The notes beneath the pieces are model-generated. The model worked only from the letters and a program-made list of their open reading frames with translations. It searched no databases and was not told the origin of the DNA. DNA of 64,000 nucleotides from a virus: IMG/VR virus record IMGVR_UViG_3300030107_002093, positions 38,726-102,725 of that record; one strand, written 5' to 3'. Positions 12,501-21,712 of the stretch are shown here, piece after piece (position 1 is the stretch's first letter; each line of letters opens with the position of its first letter). The translations under genes were made by a program, and so were the position numbers.

Positions 12501-15500
12501 AACTGGAATTGACATGGACAAGTTGGATGGTGATTCCCTCGCAACTGCTATCACAGACTTCGCTCAAGATGACTTGGTAATTCTATCTGATACATCAGAT
12601 TCAGGTAATCTTGTGAAGATGACTACCTCTAACTTTGAGGATGCCATCTTCGGAAACGTTAGTGGAGATATCGCAATAGCGGCTGGTGGTGCGGCAACAA
12701 TACAAGCCAATAGCGTAGCACTAGGAACAGACACAACTGGAAACTACATGACGGATGTTTCTGCTGGAACAGGAATAGATGTCACTCATACTGCGGCAGA
12801 AGGCTCAACTGCTACTATTGCAGTAGACGTATCTGACTTCATGTCAAATGGTGCGAACAATAGGATTCTAACTGCAACTGGCACAGATGCCATGAATGCG
12901 GAGGCGAATCTAACCTTCGATGGAAGCACACTTGCAATTGCCGCAACTGGTGCGACAGGTGGTATTGGAGTATCAATGCAGAACAACGAGGGTAAGTTCC
13001 TCGCATATACTGATGGTGGAAACTTCGTAGTCAAGGATTACCAAATTGATACAGGGGGTTCTACAGACGGAACAGACCTATATCCATTCAAGATAATGGG
13101 AGGTTCTGCCAATAGTTCTCTCGTAGTTTCAAATGGGTTAGTTACTGTTGCAGGGGATTTGAAGGTAGGTGGAAATGACATCAAGGCATCTGATGGAACT
13201 ACTGCAATAACTCTATCCGGGGCTGATGCAACTACTGCTGGCATCATTTCAGGTCTTGATGGAAAATTAAAACTTGGCTCTTCTGGACAATTGGATATTG
13301 ACTTCGATGGCTCGCATTCACGCATAACCCATGATGCGGCAACAGACTCTTGGATGATATTCAAGAACGAAGATGGTGCAGGTTTCCAATTCAACATCGG
13401 TAGTGACAAGGGAATTGAGATAAACAAAGATGGTAATGTTGAGTTATATTATGATAACACTAAGACACTTGAAACTACTTCAACAGGTGTAACAGTAACA
13501 GGCGATTTGACAGTCACAGGTAATGATATCAAAGCATCTGATGGAACTACTGCTCTCAGTCTATCCGGTGCAGATGTAACTGTTGCAGGTGATTTGACTG
13601 TATCTGGAACTACTACGACTGTCAATTCAAACACCGTAAACATAGGAGATAGCATAATCACGCTAAACTCAGATGAGACAGGAACTCCTTCACAAGACGG
13701 TGGTATAGAGATTGAGAGAGGAACTTCAACTAACAAGTCATTCTATTGGGATGAGAGCGAAGATAAGTGGTCTGTCGGTTCTGAGACAATGGTAGCGGGA
13801 ACCTTTGAAGGAAATCTAACTGGAAATGTAACTGGAAATGCTAGTGGAACTGCGGCTACTGTCACAGGTGCGGCGCAGACAAACATTACCTCTCTTGGAA
13901 CTCTAACTGCTCTACAGGTAGACAATCTCAACGTTAACGGTAATACCATATCTAGCACAGACACAAATGGAGATATTACAGTCACACCTAACGGAACAGG
14001 AGATATTGTTCTTGATAGCCAAAAGTGGCCTCAAGCAGATGGAAGCGCAAATCAAATTCTTTCTACTAATGGAAGCGGTCAACTATCTTGGATTGATGCT
14101 ACTTCTGCGGCTGGTGGTGGAGATGGACTTACTCTAGCAAATGGTGCAGATAACAGAATAGTTACTGCTACTGGTTCTACAGGATTGAATGGTGAATCTA
14201 CTCTTACTTGGAATGGTAGTAAATTACACGTTGATAGAGGAACCGTTGTAGCGGCTTCGTTAACTTTTGATGCTGATGCGGCGGCAGTTATCTCATCTGA
14301 AAACTCACAGTTGGCATTTGGTTTGCACAACGCAAGTCCGTGGTGCTATTGGATGCAAGCAAGAACACATACAGATGGTGCTAGGCAGTTGATGATTAAC
14401 CCACTAGGAGGAAATGTGGGCATAGGTGCTTTGGATGCTGATGATTACAAATTGCACGTTAAAGGTGATTTCCAAGCACAAGGCGACCACACCGGAAACG
14501 TAGTCATTGACAACACAGGGACAGGTCAAACTATTCTCGCAAGTCACACAGGTTCGGGAAGTCCTGTGCCTTGGGATATTCGTGAGGCATCATCAACCAA
14601 TAGCGACTCAGCAAATTATGGGCCACTACATATCACAAGAATGAACATGGCCGCAGACGGCGCAGGTTCTAACATCCATTTTAGGACTAAGAAATACGAT
14701 AGTAACACTCCACAGGAAGTCGGTGGTATTGGTGCTACGATTGACGCAGGGCTTACTGCGGATACTACAATCACAGGTAGTCTTCACTTCTATACGACTG
14801 ATGCAGGTTCAACTCGTCAAGAGAAGATGACAATCAAATCCGATGGTAAAGTCGGAATAGGCATTACGAGTCCCGATGATATTCTCCATGTAAAGGGAAC
14901 CGATGCGGCAATTCTTGTCGAAGACGCAGGTTCAAACAGCAACCCTGCGGTTGAGATAAAGAACGATGCGGCTCATTGGAAATTACAGGCAAGGGGTGGA
15001 GATAGTGATAAATTCCGCATTGTCGAAGGTAGCAACACCCATGTCACAATTGATACATCCGGTAATGCCACAATAGCAGGTGCATTAACAGGAACTGGTT
15101 CTCTTACAATGAACTATGCAGGTTCAGATGGGTATGCTGATATTATCGGCCCGCTAAATAGGGATTTGAGATTCGTTCTCCGAGATAATGGTGATGGAGA
15201 TAGTTTCCTCTTTAGGAATGCGGCTGGAACAGACTTACTTGACCTCAGTAGAACAGGAAGTATGACCTTAAATGGCGCATTTTCAGCCACTACGAAGTCT
15301 TTCGATATAGAACACCCAACAGAAGAAGGGAAGAGATTGCATCACGGTTCTCTTGAAGGGCCGGAACACGGTGTTTACATTAGAGGCAGATTAGAAGGAG
15401 ATACGATTGAACTCCCTGACTACTGGCTAGGTCTAGTTGATGAGGATACAATCACAGTTCAACTAACTCCCAACAAGGGATTCCAGCAGATATACGTTGA

Positions 15501-15615
15501 CCACATAGAGGACAACAAGGTGTATGTGGGAACGCAAACTGATACACCAATTGACTGCTTCTACTTCATACAGGCTGAGAGAAAGGACGTTGAGAAAATG
15601 GTGGTGGAATACTAA
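6556..15615 (+). CDS. Giant modular tail fibre / adhesin (3019 aa)
   Basis: Many IADDAVTxAK repeats and GxLTVxGxxTTxN repeats; C-terminal KSFDIEHP..LHHGSLEGPE..YIRG..IELPDYW domain typical of fibre C-termini. Confidence 0.8.
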   Translation: MVNSNPGFLSTLSASPSTRIVDGTDNIHSGIINALNVATGGNSVLSGFNITQEDGGAYTKYDVASGKIMRNGLLVSISARNDIEPGVGERAGNDWYATVVVDASNVIQIRTGANSLSTASVSSLTAGDIPVAIIKYPAGSDHDAIDRLVQFLGYDQTTKGFSAINSGSETLRINANGTLTKGSATLTLPSSTGTVALTSDITYTSAISEGNSGLIPSGGVATANIADDAVTYAKMQNVSATNRILGRDSSGAGVVEEITPANLVSMLGIEASATADQTDAEIETAYNTRVSQVSSAERTAGSSTDIKRYAPADIKSMIDTHQTDTNTDVTTANLKTKLNSDFGSDFTIGSQTNDTAIFTGHLTVGGNLTVNGATQTINSTVVTVDDPVFTLGGDGTGANDNKDRGIEFKWHNGSSGKIGFFGFDDNTGKFTFIPDATNNSEVFSGTAGTIVADLEGGVTGNASTATALATSRNFSITGDVTASAVGFTGAANVALSTTLADDAVATAKIADDAVTSAKIADGTIVAGNVADDAITYAKMQDTSTNNRVLGATTAGTIGEVQVATAMIADDAITSAKIADDAVGADQLGSNAVVNASVASDAAIAQSKIDGLVSALSGKEPSLTISDGLDRSSATLKVDIDGLTIENGIDRTADYLMYDDATNGLRRINPANLFALLIASDIPDISANYRATGTAIVNADISNSAAISADKIADGTTNKLFTATLKTKLDGIAASATAGADWSSNVSNISVTNAQLAGSIANSKLANSGVTINSNSVNLGGTLTLDTDDFAEGSNKFYTDERVDDRVNALITDGEGITTTYDDSAGTLTVAAENATTSNKGVASFTSDMFDVSSGVVSLKNGAIQNAQIASNASIAQSKIANLVSNLSDKVETLSDLNITASAAEINILDGVTGVSATEIGYLDGVTSAIQTQLNTKLSTVAVADLSDISALVTAINSNSTDAQLPTAKAVKEYITQQEVEDHTYTIGVELSGSIPLIKISDQFGGSSTLQVTGGDRITTGVNSGRLTISDSGKGAVASASFNQGLLTLTHDDGTTSTATLPDATTDAHGLMTDDQFDKLAGIEALADVTDKANVVASLGLLNESDTLYLGDAGNDTTVRVRGNFFVDGTTTTINQTEINVQDAIKFEGQTADDYETILRIIDPTADRVISLPDITGTVVTTGDSQTVATGMIANLGVTTGKINSNAVTSGKLGTGAVITAKLADDAVTTIKITDANVTTAKIADDAVTMAKIDGITDAGSGSVITSAERTKLSGIATGAEVNVQSDWNASSGDAKILNKPNVAYTSAIPNATASQTGLATSTQITKLDAIDASADVTDATTVNAAGAVMHTDIPDSDTGFIKRTGSETYDIDTNTYLTSLATTGLTDIAQLETNLASITDDHAGLATAKAVKAYVDSIPGGVGGMSFVLEDGDGTEITIADSKEIKFVEGGLIDINWTDTDNGTDADPYDLTFTVDNDLANYSNTNSGFSTTSALTSATAATAITGKVLTNLSTGSGGTVAATDTILAAFGKLENRVALNDAKVTNTDVSVTEPNLRTTLTAITENVTIGDGTDVTVTTSGALVVTGNLTVNGTTTTLDTTNLAIEDKNIVLGTGNDTGEILDATGLTLEGGSGDDMTLQYLASANRMELKLGSSYGDLKAGTVTGTFVGDLTGDVTGNADTATTLATARTIAGKSFNGSANITIATTDLSDITALDTDLSSVSASDDTLATAKAIKTYVDAQVDTEDTLAELDDTNIGSLSAGHLLIYDSTAGVWDNAIPTGTDTTTVDMTITGGDGTLAISADLKNPDGLTVITDDGAGSTLTATGTDEMMVWDVGSSAWRVMTLANLSDFAVSNGAGGISAYKTISVPDDGNSGPDSQANVVASDTADTLVLKGDSIAITTGTDLINFNVNIDGLTALGGTGLHQTQDHFMFSDNGTEKKITFSNLEDAIFANVSGDATIAAGGALTIGSGAVENGMLATGIDMDKLDGDSLATAITDFAQDDLVILSDTSDSGNLVKMTTSNFEDAIFGNVSGDIAIAAGGAATIQANSVALGTDTTGNYMTDVSAGTGIDVTHTAAEGSTATIAVDVSDFMSNGANNRILTATGTDAMNAEANLTFDGSTLAIAATGATGGIGVSMQNNEGKFLAYTDGGNFVVKDYQIDTGGSTDGTDLYPFKIMGGSANSSLVVSNGLVTVAGDLKVGGNDIKASDGTTAITLSGADATTAGIISGLDGKLKLGSSGQLDIDFDGSHSRITHDAATDSWMIFKNEDGAGFQFNIGSDKGIEINKDGNVELYYDNTKTLETTSTGVTVTGDLTVTGNDIKASDGTTALSLSGADVTVAGDLTVSGTTTTVNSNTVNIGDSIITLNSDETGTPSQDGGIEIERGTSTNKSFYWDESEDKWSVGSETMVAGTFEGNLTGNVTGNASGTAATVTGAAQTNITSLGTLTALQVDNLNVNGNTISSTDTNGDITVTPNGTGDIVLDSQKWPQADGSANQILSTNGSGQLSWIDATSAAGGGDGLTLANGADNRIVTATGSTGLNGESTLTWNGSKLHVDRGTVVAASLTFDADAAAVISSENSQLAFGLHNASPWCYWMQARTHTDGARQLMINPLGGNVGIGALDADDYKLHVKGDFQAQGDHTGNVVIDNTGTGQTILASHTGSGSPVPWDIREASSTNSDSANYGPLHITRMNMAADGAGSNIHFRTKKYDSNTPQEVGGIGATIDAGLTADTTITGSLHFYTTDAGSTRQEKMTIKSDGKVGIGITSPDDILHVKGTDAAILVEDAGSNSNPAVEIKNDAAHWKLQARGGDSDKFRIVEGSNTHVTIDTSGNATIAGALTGTGSLTMNYAGSDGYADIIGPLNRDLRFVLRDNGDGDSFLFRNAAGTDLLDLSRTGSMTLNGAFSATTKSFDIEHPTEEGKRLHHGSLEGPEHGVYIRGRLEGDTIELPDYWLGLVDEDTITVQLTPNKGFQQIYVDHIEDNKVYVGTQTDTPIDCFYFIQAERKDVEKMVVEY

Positions 15616-16385
15616 TGGGATTCTATAGCGGCCCAACAGTAGTGAATGATTCGCTTGTATTCTGCTTCGATGCAGGTAGCGATAAATGCACAGATGCAGA
15701 TGATGCATTAGCAAGCATGAGAGACATTGGGCCAGTCGCACATTCTTCTAGAACAGATAGGAGTATGAGTGGTGAAGGCATAGTTGCGAATATCTCATTC
15801 CCAACTGATACAGGTGCGGCTAAGGCAATCAACACAGGTGTCACATATCGAAGAAGTGATGGTGATTCTGCTGACCCTTCTAACTTTGAGAATAGAATAG
15901 CAATGGCTGATAATCTTGTCTTTGCAGACCAAGCCGCATGGAGTATGGAATTTTGGGCAAAACCCGATTCCGATTCAGAACATACGTTTCTGAGTCTAGC
16001 AGGTAAGGGTGGAACAAATAATTGGATGATTTGGCAACAAGGAAGTAGCACATGGTATCCTCGTTATCGAGATAACAATTCCAATTATTACAGGGATAGT
16101 GCTGACACCAATGTTTCAGGGCCGGATGACTGGCATCAAGTTGTGTTTACTGCTGATACAAGTAGAAACATTGGGTTCTATGTGGATGGTGCTTTGCTTG
16201 GTGGCACAACTCAAGCCGCAGATACCGCCGCGACAGTTAATAGGTTAATGGCAGGTTATTCATCTGGGACTTCTAGATATGGTTTTCAAGGTAGTATGCT
16301 TTGTGCTAGAATCTATGCTAAGACATTATCAGCCGCAGAAGTTCTACAAAACTTCAACGCAACAAGAGGGAGAGTGGGAATATGA
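15615..16385 (+). CDS. LamG/concanavalin A-like lectin domain virion protein
   Basis: LVFCFDAG N-terminus, WSMEFW, WHQVVFT, FYVDG, RIYAKTLSAAEVLQNFNA motifs. Confidence 0.75.
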   Translation: MGFYSGPTVVNDSLVFCFDAGSDKCTDADDALASMRDIGPVAHSSRTDRSMSGEGIVANISFPTDTGAAKAINTGVTYRRSDGDSADPSNFENRIAMADNLVFADQAAWSMEFWAKPDSDSEHTFLSLAGKGGTNNWMIWQQGSSTWYPRYRDNNSNYYRDSADTNVSGPDDWHQVVFTADTSRNIGFYVDGALLGGTTQAADTAATVNRLMAGYSSGTSRYGFQGSMLCARIYAKTLSAAEVLQNFNATRGRVGI

Positions 16386-16597
16386 AATACAAGATAAATG
16401 GAGTAGAGTATTCACAGAAACAATTAGAGAATATATTATCAGGTCTTACTGCTAAGTATTGTGATAGTGAAGGTAATCCTATTGTAGAATTACAAGATGC
16501 CGCATTACTAGCATTAGAGCAAGGTAGTAGTTTTGTTCCTCTTACATTTGACGAGGCGATGATTCGGTCTAGGTTATTACACACGGAGGAAGAATAA
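16382..16597 (+). CDS. Hypothetical protein (71 aa)
   Basis: Translationally coupled in the tail operon. Confidence 0.55.
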   Translation: MKYKINGVEYSQKQLENILSGLTAKYCDSEGNPIVELQDAALLALEQGSSFVPLTFDEAMIRSRLLHTEEE

Positions 16598-17329
16598 ATG
16601 GGAGTTTCGGGTGGCCCTTCTATACCACAAAGCGGTATGCAATTGAATCTAGATGCTTCCAATAGCAAGAGTTCTCCCGGTAGTGGAACAACTTGGACTG
16701 ATGTTAGCGGAAATGGTAGAGACTTCACTTGGTCATCTGCACCCACATACAATACAAGACCTGTTGTTGGTGGATATCAACAACCAGATTCAATTGACTC
16801 TGCTATGTGTAGTGGCCCTGCTTCTGATTCATTCGGGATAACATCTTCGACAGGTGCTTCATTTGTCTTCTATTGCACCAATGATGCATTAACTGCTAAA
16901 TCTGCTTTCAAGTGGTATATGTATGATGGGACAGGAAGCGATGCAAGGGGATATTTTGCACATATTCCGTGGAATAATTCAAAAATCTACTTTGACACGA
17001 ATGGTTCTACATCTACTCAAAGTGGTGGAGGTAGATTGAATACAGATACATTAACCAATATTGTGAATTACTTTTGGGTTCATGTATTTACCAAATCAGC
17101 AGACGGGGCTACGATGAAGATATACAGAGATGGCGAGGAAGTAGCATCTAGAACTAATGCAGGGGCTTGTCCAACATTGAGTGATGATGCGGCCACGATT
17201 GGTGGAGATGATGTGTATGCCTCCGGTTGGGATGCCAAGATGGGCTATTTCCTATGCTACAACAGGGAACTAAGTGCTGATGAGGCAAAGCAAATAACTG
17301 CCGCATTGCGTGGAAGGGATGGTGCTTAG
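16598..17329 (+). CDS. LamG/concanavalin A-like lectin domain virion protein, paralogue of 15615-16385
   Basis: LNLDASN..S.PGSGTTWTDVSGNG, KIYRDG, YNRELSADE motifs. Confidence 0.75.
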   Translation: MGVSGGPSIPQSGMQLNLDASNSKSSPGSGTTWTDVSGNGRDFTWSSAPTYNTRPVVGGYQQPDSIDSAMCSGPASDSFGITSSTGASFVFYCTNDALTAKSAFKWYMYDGTGSDARGYFAHIPWNNSKIYFDTNGSTSTQSGGGRLNTDTLTNIVNYFWVHVFTKSADGATMKIYRDGEEVASRTNAGACPTLSDDAATIGGDDVYASGWDAKMGYFLCYNRELSADEAKQITAALRGRDGA

Positions 17330-19303
17330 ATGGCGGATAGCGATAAGATAATCACAGTCACTCCTAATACGAGTGTAGCAACAACTCACCCTGAGATTAA
17401 ATTCGTAGGTAAGGATAACTCACCGATGTATCTCAAGGTGCTTGATGACAACACGCTTTCCTTTGAGGGAACAGAAGGACAGGTTTTCGCAATCAGTCCT
17501 ACAATGTCAAGTGGGGATATCTTCAGCGTCAATGATATTTCAGGAGTTCAAAGCATTTCGGTGAATGCTGATGGGACAATAACAATGGATGCACAGACTA
17601 AATCGACCACGATAAAGAACAACGCATCAGACACTTCTACTCTCATCCTAGAGAATACAAATGCTGATGAGGTTGATGGGCCTATATTGGAGTTCTATCG
17701 CAATACTCCATCCCCTGCGGATAATGGAGATGCTGGTGCTATTCAATGGACTATGACGAATGATAATGGCGACAAGCATGAGTATGGTAGATTATTCATG
17801 GAATACAATGATGCCTCAGATGGTGACGAAAGGGGCGAGATGATTTTCCAATTGACAGAAGATGGTGCAGTAGGACAAGAATACATGAGACTTCGTGGTG
17901 GTGTGAGACAGATTGAATTGAATACAAATGAAGATGACATAGACCTCGTTTACAATTCTGATGCGACTGCTAATTTTTTCTTCATTAATGCTAACACACA
18001 ACGAATAGGAATAGGAGATGCTGGTTCTGCTCCAAGTTACTTACTGCACCTAGAAGGAGTGGGTGGGGGTAATGGAGAGTTATTCGTTGAAAGGACTAGT
18101 GGCGCAGGTATTCACTTACAAGCACAAGCAAGTTATGGAATAATAGGGACGACAACCAATCATTCTCTTGGATTAAAGAGCAATGGTTCTGTTAGGTTGT
18201 ATGTTGAAGCAAGTGGCTCAGTTAGAATCATGCCGGAAGATGCTTCATCGGGAACCTTGAAACTATCTGGTGCGGCTACTGGTAGTGATGAAGGCGGTGA
18301 AATACAAATTGAAACTGCGGCTGACCATGATGGCACATACAACTTCTATCGTATAGATGCGTATCAAGATGATTTGAGAATTGGTCGTGCAGGTCAAACT
18401 GATTTCACACTTGACTCAAGCGGCAATATTACTATTGGCGGAGTAGTAGATGTTGGTAATCTAAAGATAGGTGGGGCGCAAGGAAGCGATGGTCAAGTCC
18501 TCACTTCAACAGGAAGCGGTGTTGCATGGGAAGCCGCAGGTGGAGGTTCTTCATTCTCTGTGAGTGATATTACAGGCGCAACTGCCTTAACAAGTGGTTT
18601 AGCATCAACTGATGAATTAGTTCTAAGTGATGGTGGAACACTCAAGAGAATGGATGTTTCTGTTCTTCAAACATATATGCAAGGTAATCTAACATTCACT
18701 ACAAATACAAATACTATGGGTAGTGGTTTTGTAATAGAAGACGGTGATTCAACAGAAGTTACCATTACAGAAAATAAAGAAGTTAAATTCAAAGAAGGAA
18801 CAGGCATTGAGATTAATTGGACTGATACAAGTCATGGTTCAGATGGTGACCCATATGACCTACAATTTACAGTAGATGTTTCTGACTTCATGAGCAACGG
18901 TTCTAACAATAGAGTCGTGACTGCTACAGGGACAGATGCGATGAACGCTGAAGGAAATTTAACCTTTGATGGTAGCACTCTAACTGTTACAGGAGATGTT
19001 GTAGCCACAGGAACAATGCAGGGCTATAAGACAGAAATTAAAGCAGTTAGTAGTAACACCACTTTAGCAGATGCGGATTCAGGAAAGACAGTCTATTGGA
19101 CAGGTGGAACACTAACACTACCTGCAACCGCACAAGCAGGGCAACAATATGTTGTCATCAATAATACAGGTGGTTCTGCTACACCCGCATTAGGAACATC
19201 AAACGCAATTGTTTCTGGTTGGACTGCTCATGCGGCTATGGATGATGAAACCGCTAGAACGTATATTTCCCCTGCGGCAAACAAGTGGTTGTATATCGGG
19301 TGA
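17330..19303 (+). CDS. Second tail fibre / receptor-binding protein (657 aa)
   Basis: Shares two near-identical modules with the 3019 aa fibre; GSDGQVLTSTGSGVAW fibre motif. Confidence 0.7.
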   Translation: MADSDKIITVTPNTSVATTHPEIKFVGKDNSPMYLKVLDDNTLSFEGTEGQVFAISPTMSSGDIFSVNDISGVQSISVNADGTITMDAQTKSTTIKNNASDTSTLILENTNADEVDGPILEFYRNTPSPADNGDAGAIQWTMTNDNGDKHEYGRLFMEYNDASDGDERGEMIFQLTEDGAVGQEYMRLRGGVRQIELNTNEDDIDLVYNSDATANFFFINANTQRIGIGDAGSAPSYLLHLEGVGGGNGELFVERTSGAGIHLQAQASYGIIGTTTNHSLGLKSNGSVRLYVEASGSVRIMPEDASSGTLKLSGAATGSDEGGEIQIETAADHDGTYNFYRIDAYQDDLRIGRAGQTDFTLDSSGNITIGGVVDVGNLKIGGAQGSDGQVLTSTGSGVAWEAAGGGSSFSVSDITGATALTSGLASTDELVLSDGGTLKRMDVSVLQTYMQGNLTFTTNTNTMGSGFVIEDGDSTEVTITENKEVKFKEGTGIEINWTDTSHGSDGDPYDLQFTVDVSDFMSNGSNNRVVTATGTDAMNAEGNLTFDGSTLTVTGDVVATGTMQGYKTEIKAVSSNTTLADADSGKTVYWTGGTLTLPATAQAGQQYVVINNTGGSATPALGTSNAIVSGWTAHAAMDDETARTYISPAANKWLYIG

Positions 19304-19307
19304 TTGA

Positions 19308-19883
19308 ATGTCATACATGACAGGCTTGATTGGAACGTGTCAGCAATTGGAAGATGCGTCAGCAACTCCGGGGCCAACAGGAGTTTCCATTGCTACGAGT
19401 TCAAGTGGAAACTACAACAACTCGTTTAGTGTAGGAACTGGTGGGGGAAACCCCGGTTCTTCCCTTGATTTCAACGGTTCTTCTCTTGATGTTACTACAA
19501 TAGTATTGATGGAAGAAGGTAATGATGGCCCATATAAACAGGATTGGGGTAATGCCCCAACCGCCGTAGGTGATGTTTTCGCTTATCTCAGGGCTACAGG
19601 TGCGGCATCATATGAGATGCAGGGTTCTATTGCTTCATCTAGTCTTAGTAATGGTTGTTCTGCTTCATGGTCTGGTAGTGCTTTTACTTCACAAGATGGA
19701 ACGGGTTCTGGTGGTATTGGTAATTTCAGCATTAGTCACGGTGGTGGAAGGGGAGGATACTTCCTTCCCGCAGATGGAGATTGGGTGAGAGTAACGGTTG
19801 AAGGAACTGCAACGACAAGTGGTGGTGGAACAACAGATGCTAGTGATGTTACTATGAAAATTAACTTCTCAGGTGGATTGTGA
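19308..19883 (+). CDS. Gly/Ser/Thr-rich virion-associated protein
   Basis: Composition and position in the tail cluster. Confidence 0.5.
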   Translation: MSYMTGLIGTCQQLEDASATPGPTGVSIATSSSGNYNNSFSVGTGGGNPGSSLDFNGSSLDVTTIVLMEEGNDGPYKQDWGNAPTAVGDVFAYLRATGAASYEMQGSIASSSLSNGCSASWSGSAFTSQDGTGSGGIGNFSISHGGGRGGYFLPADGDWVRVTVEGTATTSGGGTTDASDVTMKINFSGGL

Positions 19884-19884
19884 A

Positions 19885-20430
19885 ATGACTAGAATAGAAG
19901 TAGACATACCTGAAGGAATCTCAGGGCAACATCAAATTGCTCACTATAACAAAGAAACAACAGATTATGATTGGCAGGGATATAGAGCAATGAAAAATTG
20001 TGCTTATGATACTCACACAGTATTAATCAAGGATACTTGTTCTATGCCTATAATGCAAAACTCAGAAGCAGAATACAATGAGCATCAATGGTTATGGGAT
20101 AATGCGACAGGTGATGTATTGGTTGGGGGTCTTGGTATAGGTATGATTCATCAGAAACTAATTGATAACCCCGATGTTACCTCAGTTACCATTATTGAAA
20201 TTTCTCAAGATGTAATTGATTTGGTTTGGGAGCATTGTGCTAAAGATGATACATTCACTTTAATTCTAAATGACTTTGAAACGTGGGTTCCACCCGAAGG
20301 AACGACCTTCGATACTATTTGGGCAGACAGTTGGATATTCGATAATGGTATATCCTATCCAGCATACCAAGAAAATATTCAGAACCACTATTCAGACTAC
20401 TGTGATAACTTCGGATTTTGGGGAACTTAG
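19885..20430 (+). CDS. Class I SAM-dependent methyltransferase, spermidine-synthase-like fold
   Basis: VLVGGLGIG motif I, acidic IIEIS motif II, FDTIWADSW; ATG 19885 preferred over GTG 19873. Confidence 0.7.
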   Translation: MTRIEVDIPEGISGQHQIAHYNKETTDYDWQGYRAMKNCAYDTHTVLIKDTCSMPIMQNSEAEYNEHQWLWDNATGDVLVGGLGIGMIHQKLIDNPDVTSVTIIEISQDVIDLVWEHCAKDDTFTLILNDFETWVPPEGTTFDTIWADSWIFDNGISYPAYQENIQNHYSDYCDNFGFWGT

Positions 20431-20541
20431 ATTAATTCACAGTCCCACCAACGGAACTTAGTCAATTTCACCTTCTTCAGTGGTAGATTCAAATCTGCAA
20501 CCCCATTTCAAATATGCAACGCAGTTAAGCGTTTTACCCCC

Positions 20542-20757
20542 CTATTGTGAGACTACAATTTCAATATCCGAGTCATAGTCATCTGAGTCATCATCCCACT
20601 GGCTCAACCATGCCCATTCTCGCATCATCATACCAAAGGCAAACAATCCAAGTCCAAGGGCGAACCCAATAATGATTAGAATCGGTAGGGCATCATCCCA
20701 GCCGACCAAATCACCAGATGATACTTCGTTTACTATTGTATTATCAAATAAAAACAA
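20542..20757 (-). CDS. Small membrane protein
   Basis: One hydrophobic helix and an acidic tail; start uncertain. Confidence 0.45.
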   Translation of the reverse strand: MFLFDNTIVNEVSSGDLVGWDDALPILIIIGFALGLGLFAFGMMMREWAWLSQWDDDSDDYDSDIEIVVSQ

Positions 20758-20761
20758 TTTA

Positions 20762-21052
20762 TCACGCTCCTAATTTATTGTTTCTCACAATCTGACAACA
20801 GAAGCGAATCTTCTGTGTCGAATGTAAATTCCAAAAGTGGTTTTCCTCCACCTTGAATTGCTTCTCAATGTATTCACAAAGTTCCTTTCTGGACATAGCC
20901 TCAAAATCTTCATCGATTTCCAGTCCTAGCACCGGGCCAGTTTCATGAATGAGTTTTTTGTCTAACCAAACATAGGTGTTTCCCATTAGTGAAAGCAACT
21001 TACGAATGACCCACTGCTTCATGCTTGACACACCCAATAATCCCAATCCCAA
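20762..21052 (-). CDS. Hypothetical protein
   Basis: 96 aa ORF; true start may be an internal Met. Confidence 0.5.
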   Translation of the reverse strand: MGLGLLGVSSMKQWVIRKLLSLMGNTYVWLDKKLIHETGPVLGLEIDEDFEAMSRKELCEYIEKQFKVEENHFWNLHSTQKIRFCCQIVRNNKLGA

Positions 21053-21397
21053 TCCGGATGTTTAGCCATGAGTTCCTTCAATCTACGATTATCCCTATCT
21101 TTCTCATTAGCCATTCTGTGAGCCTTCCTACTTCCACAACGCTCCACACCAAAACAACCAATTACTTCTATTTTTCTATCTAGTGTTTATTTCTCACTTT
21201 CAGGAATAACATATTTTTCCAATAGAGCAACCACACACAGGAAAAAAATCGGCGGTTTTCCGAGGTTTAAATATGAATGGCAAGCCGTTTCCCTACAAAA
21301 AAATGTTTATTTCTAATTAAAAACGATATAATTCCTTTAGTTTTAATGTGAAACGATTAAACGAGGAAAAAGAGAAAATAAACCGCAATTTTTGCGC

Positions 21398-21450
21398 AAA
21401 AAAAAGGCGGGGGGCAATGGCCGGAACTAATTTTCCGACCAAAGCCCTTT
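21398..21450 (-). terminator. Putative terminator of the minus-strand replication operon
   Basis: On the - strand an imperfect stem (GGGCTTTGGTCGGAA..TTCCGGCCATTGCCC) is followed by a T-run, just after the last coupled ORF. Confidence 0.5.
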
Positions 21451-21564
21451 ACATTCACGGCACTGCCAAATTTTCATTTTAGTAGCAGAGCCAACAACTC
21501 TTGCGTTAAGACGTATTGGAATATTGGTAACGCTACAGAACCTACAAGTTTCCTTGAGTCCCAC
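21427..21564 (-). CDS. Small Zn-ribbon protein (45 aa, below the ORF-track cutoff)
   Basis: Manual translation MGLKETCRFC...WQCRECKGLWSEN with two CxxC. Confidence 0.55.
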   Translation of the reverse strand: MGLKETCRFCSVTNIPIRLNARVVGSATKMKIWQCRECKGLWSEN

Positions 21565-21712
21565 CACGTTCCATCTCCTCTGCAATTAACTTGTCCATAT
21601 ACTCGTCAATGCTTCTCTCATCATACTTCGACCCACCAAAGGCGGCGAAGAAAAGCAGACTAATCACTACCACAAATATTGTCCATGCCATCCATTCTAA
21701 TGCCGTTGCCAT
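21542..21712 (-). CDS. Small membrane protein (56 aa, below cutoff)
   Basis: Manual translation MATALEWMAWTIFVVISLLFFAAFGG...; TAATG coupling to the exonuclease gene. Confidence 0.5.
   Translation of the reverse strand: MATALEWMAWTIFVVVISLLFFAAFGGSKYDERSIDEYMDKLIAEEMERGGTQGNL

Noticed and set aside
197-16752. Numerous minus-strand ORFs opposite the tail genes
   Set aside because: Antisense shadows of long, codon-biased + strand genes, with no motifs or RBS
6556-19303. Diversity-generating retroelement acting on the fibres
   Set aside because: No reverse transcriptase in the window, and the shared modules do not show adenine-specific differences
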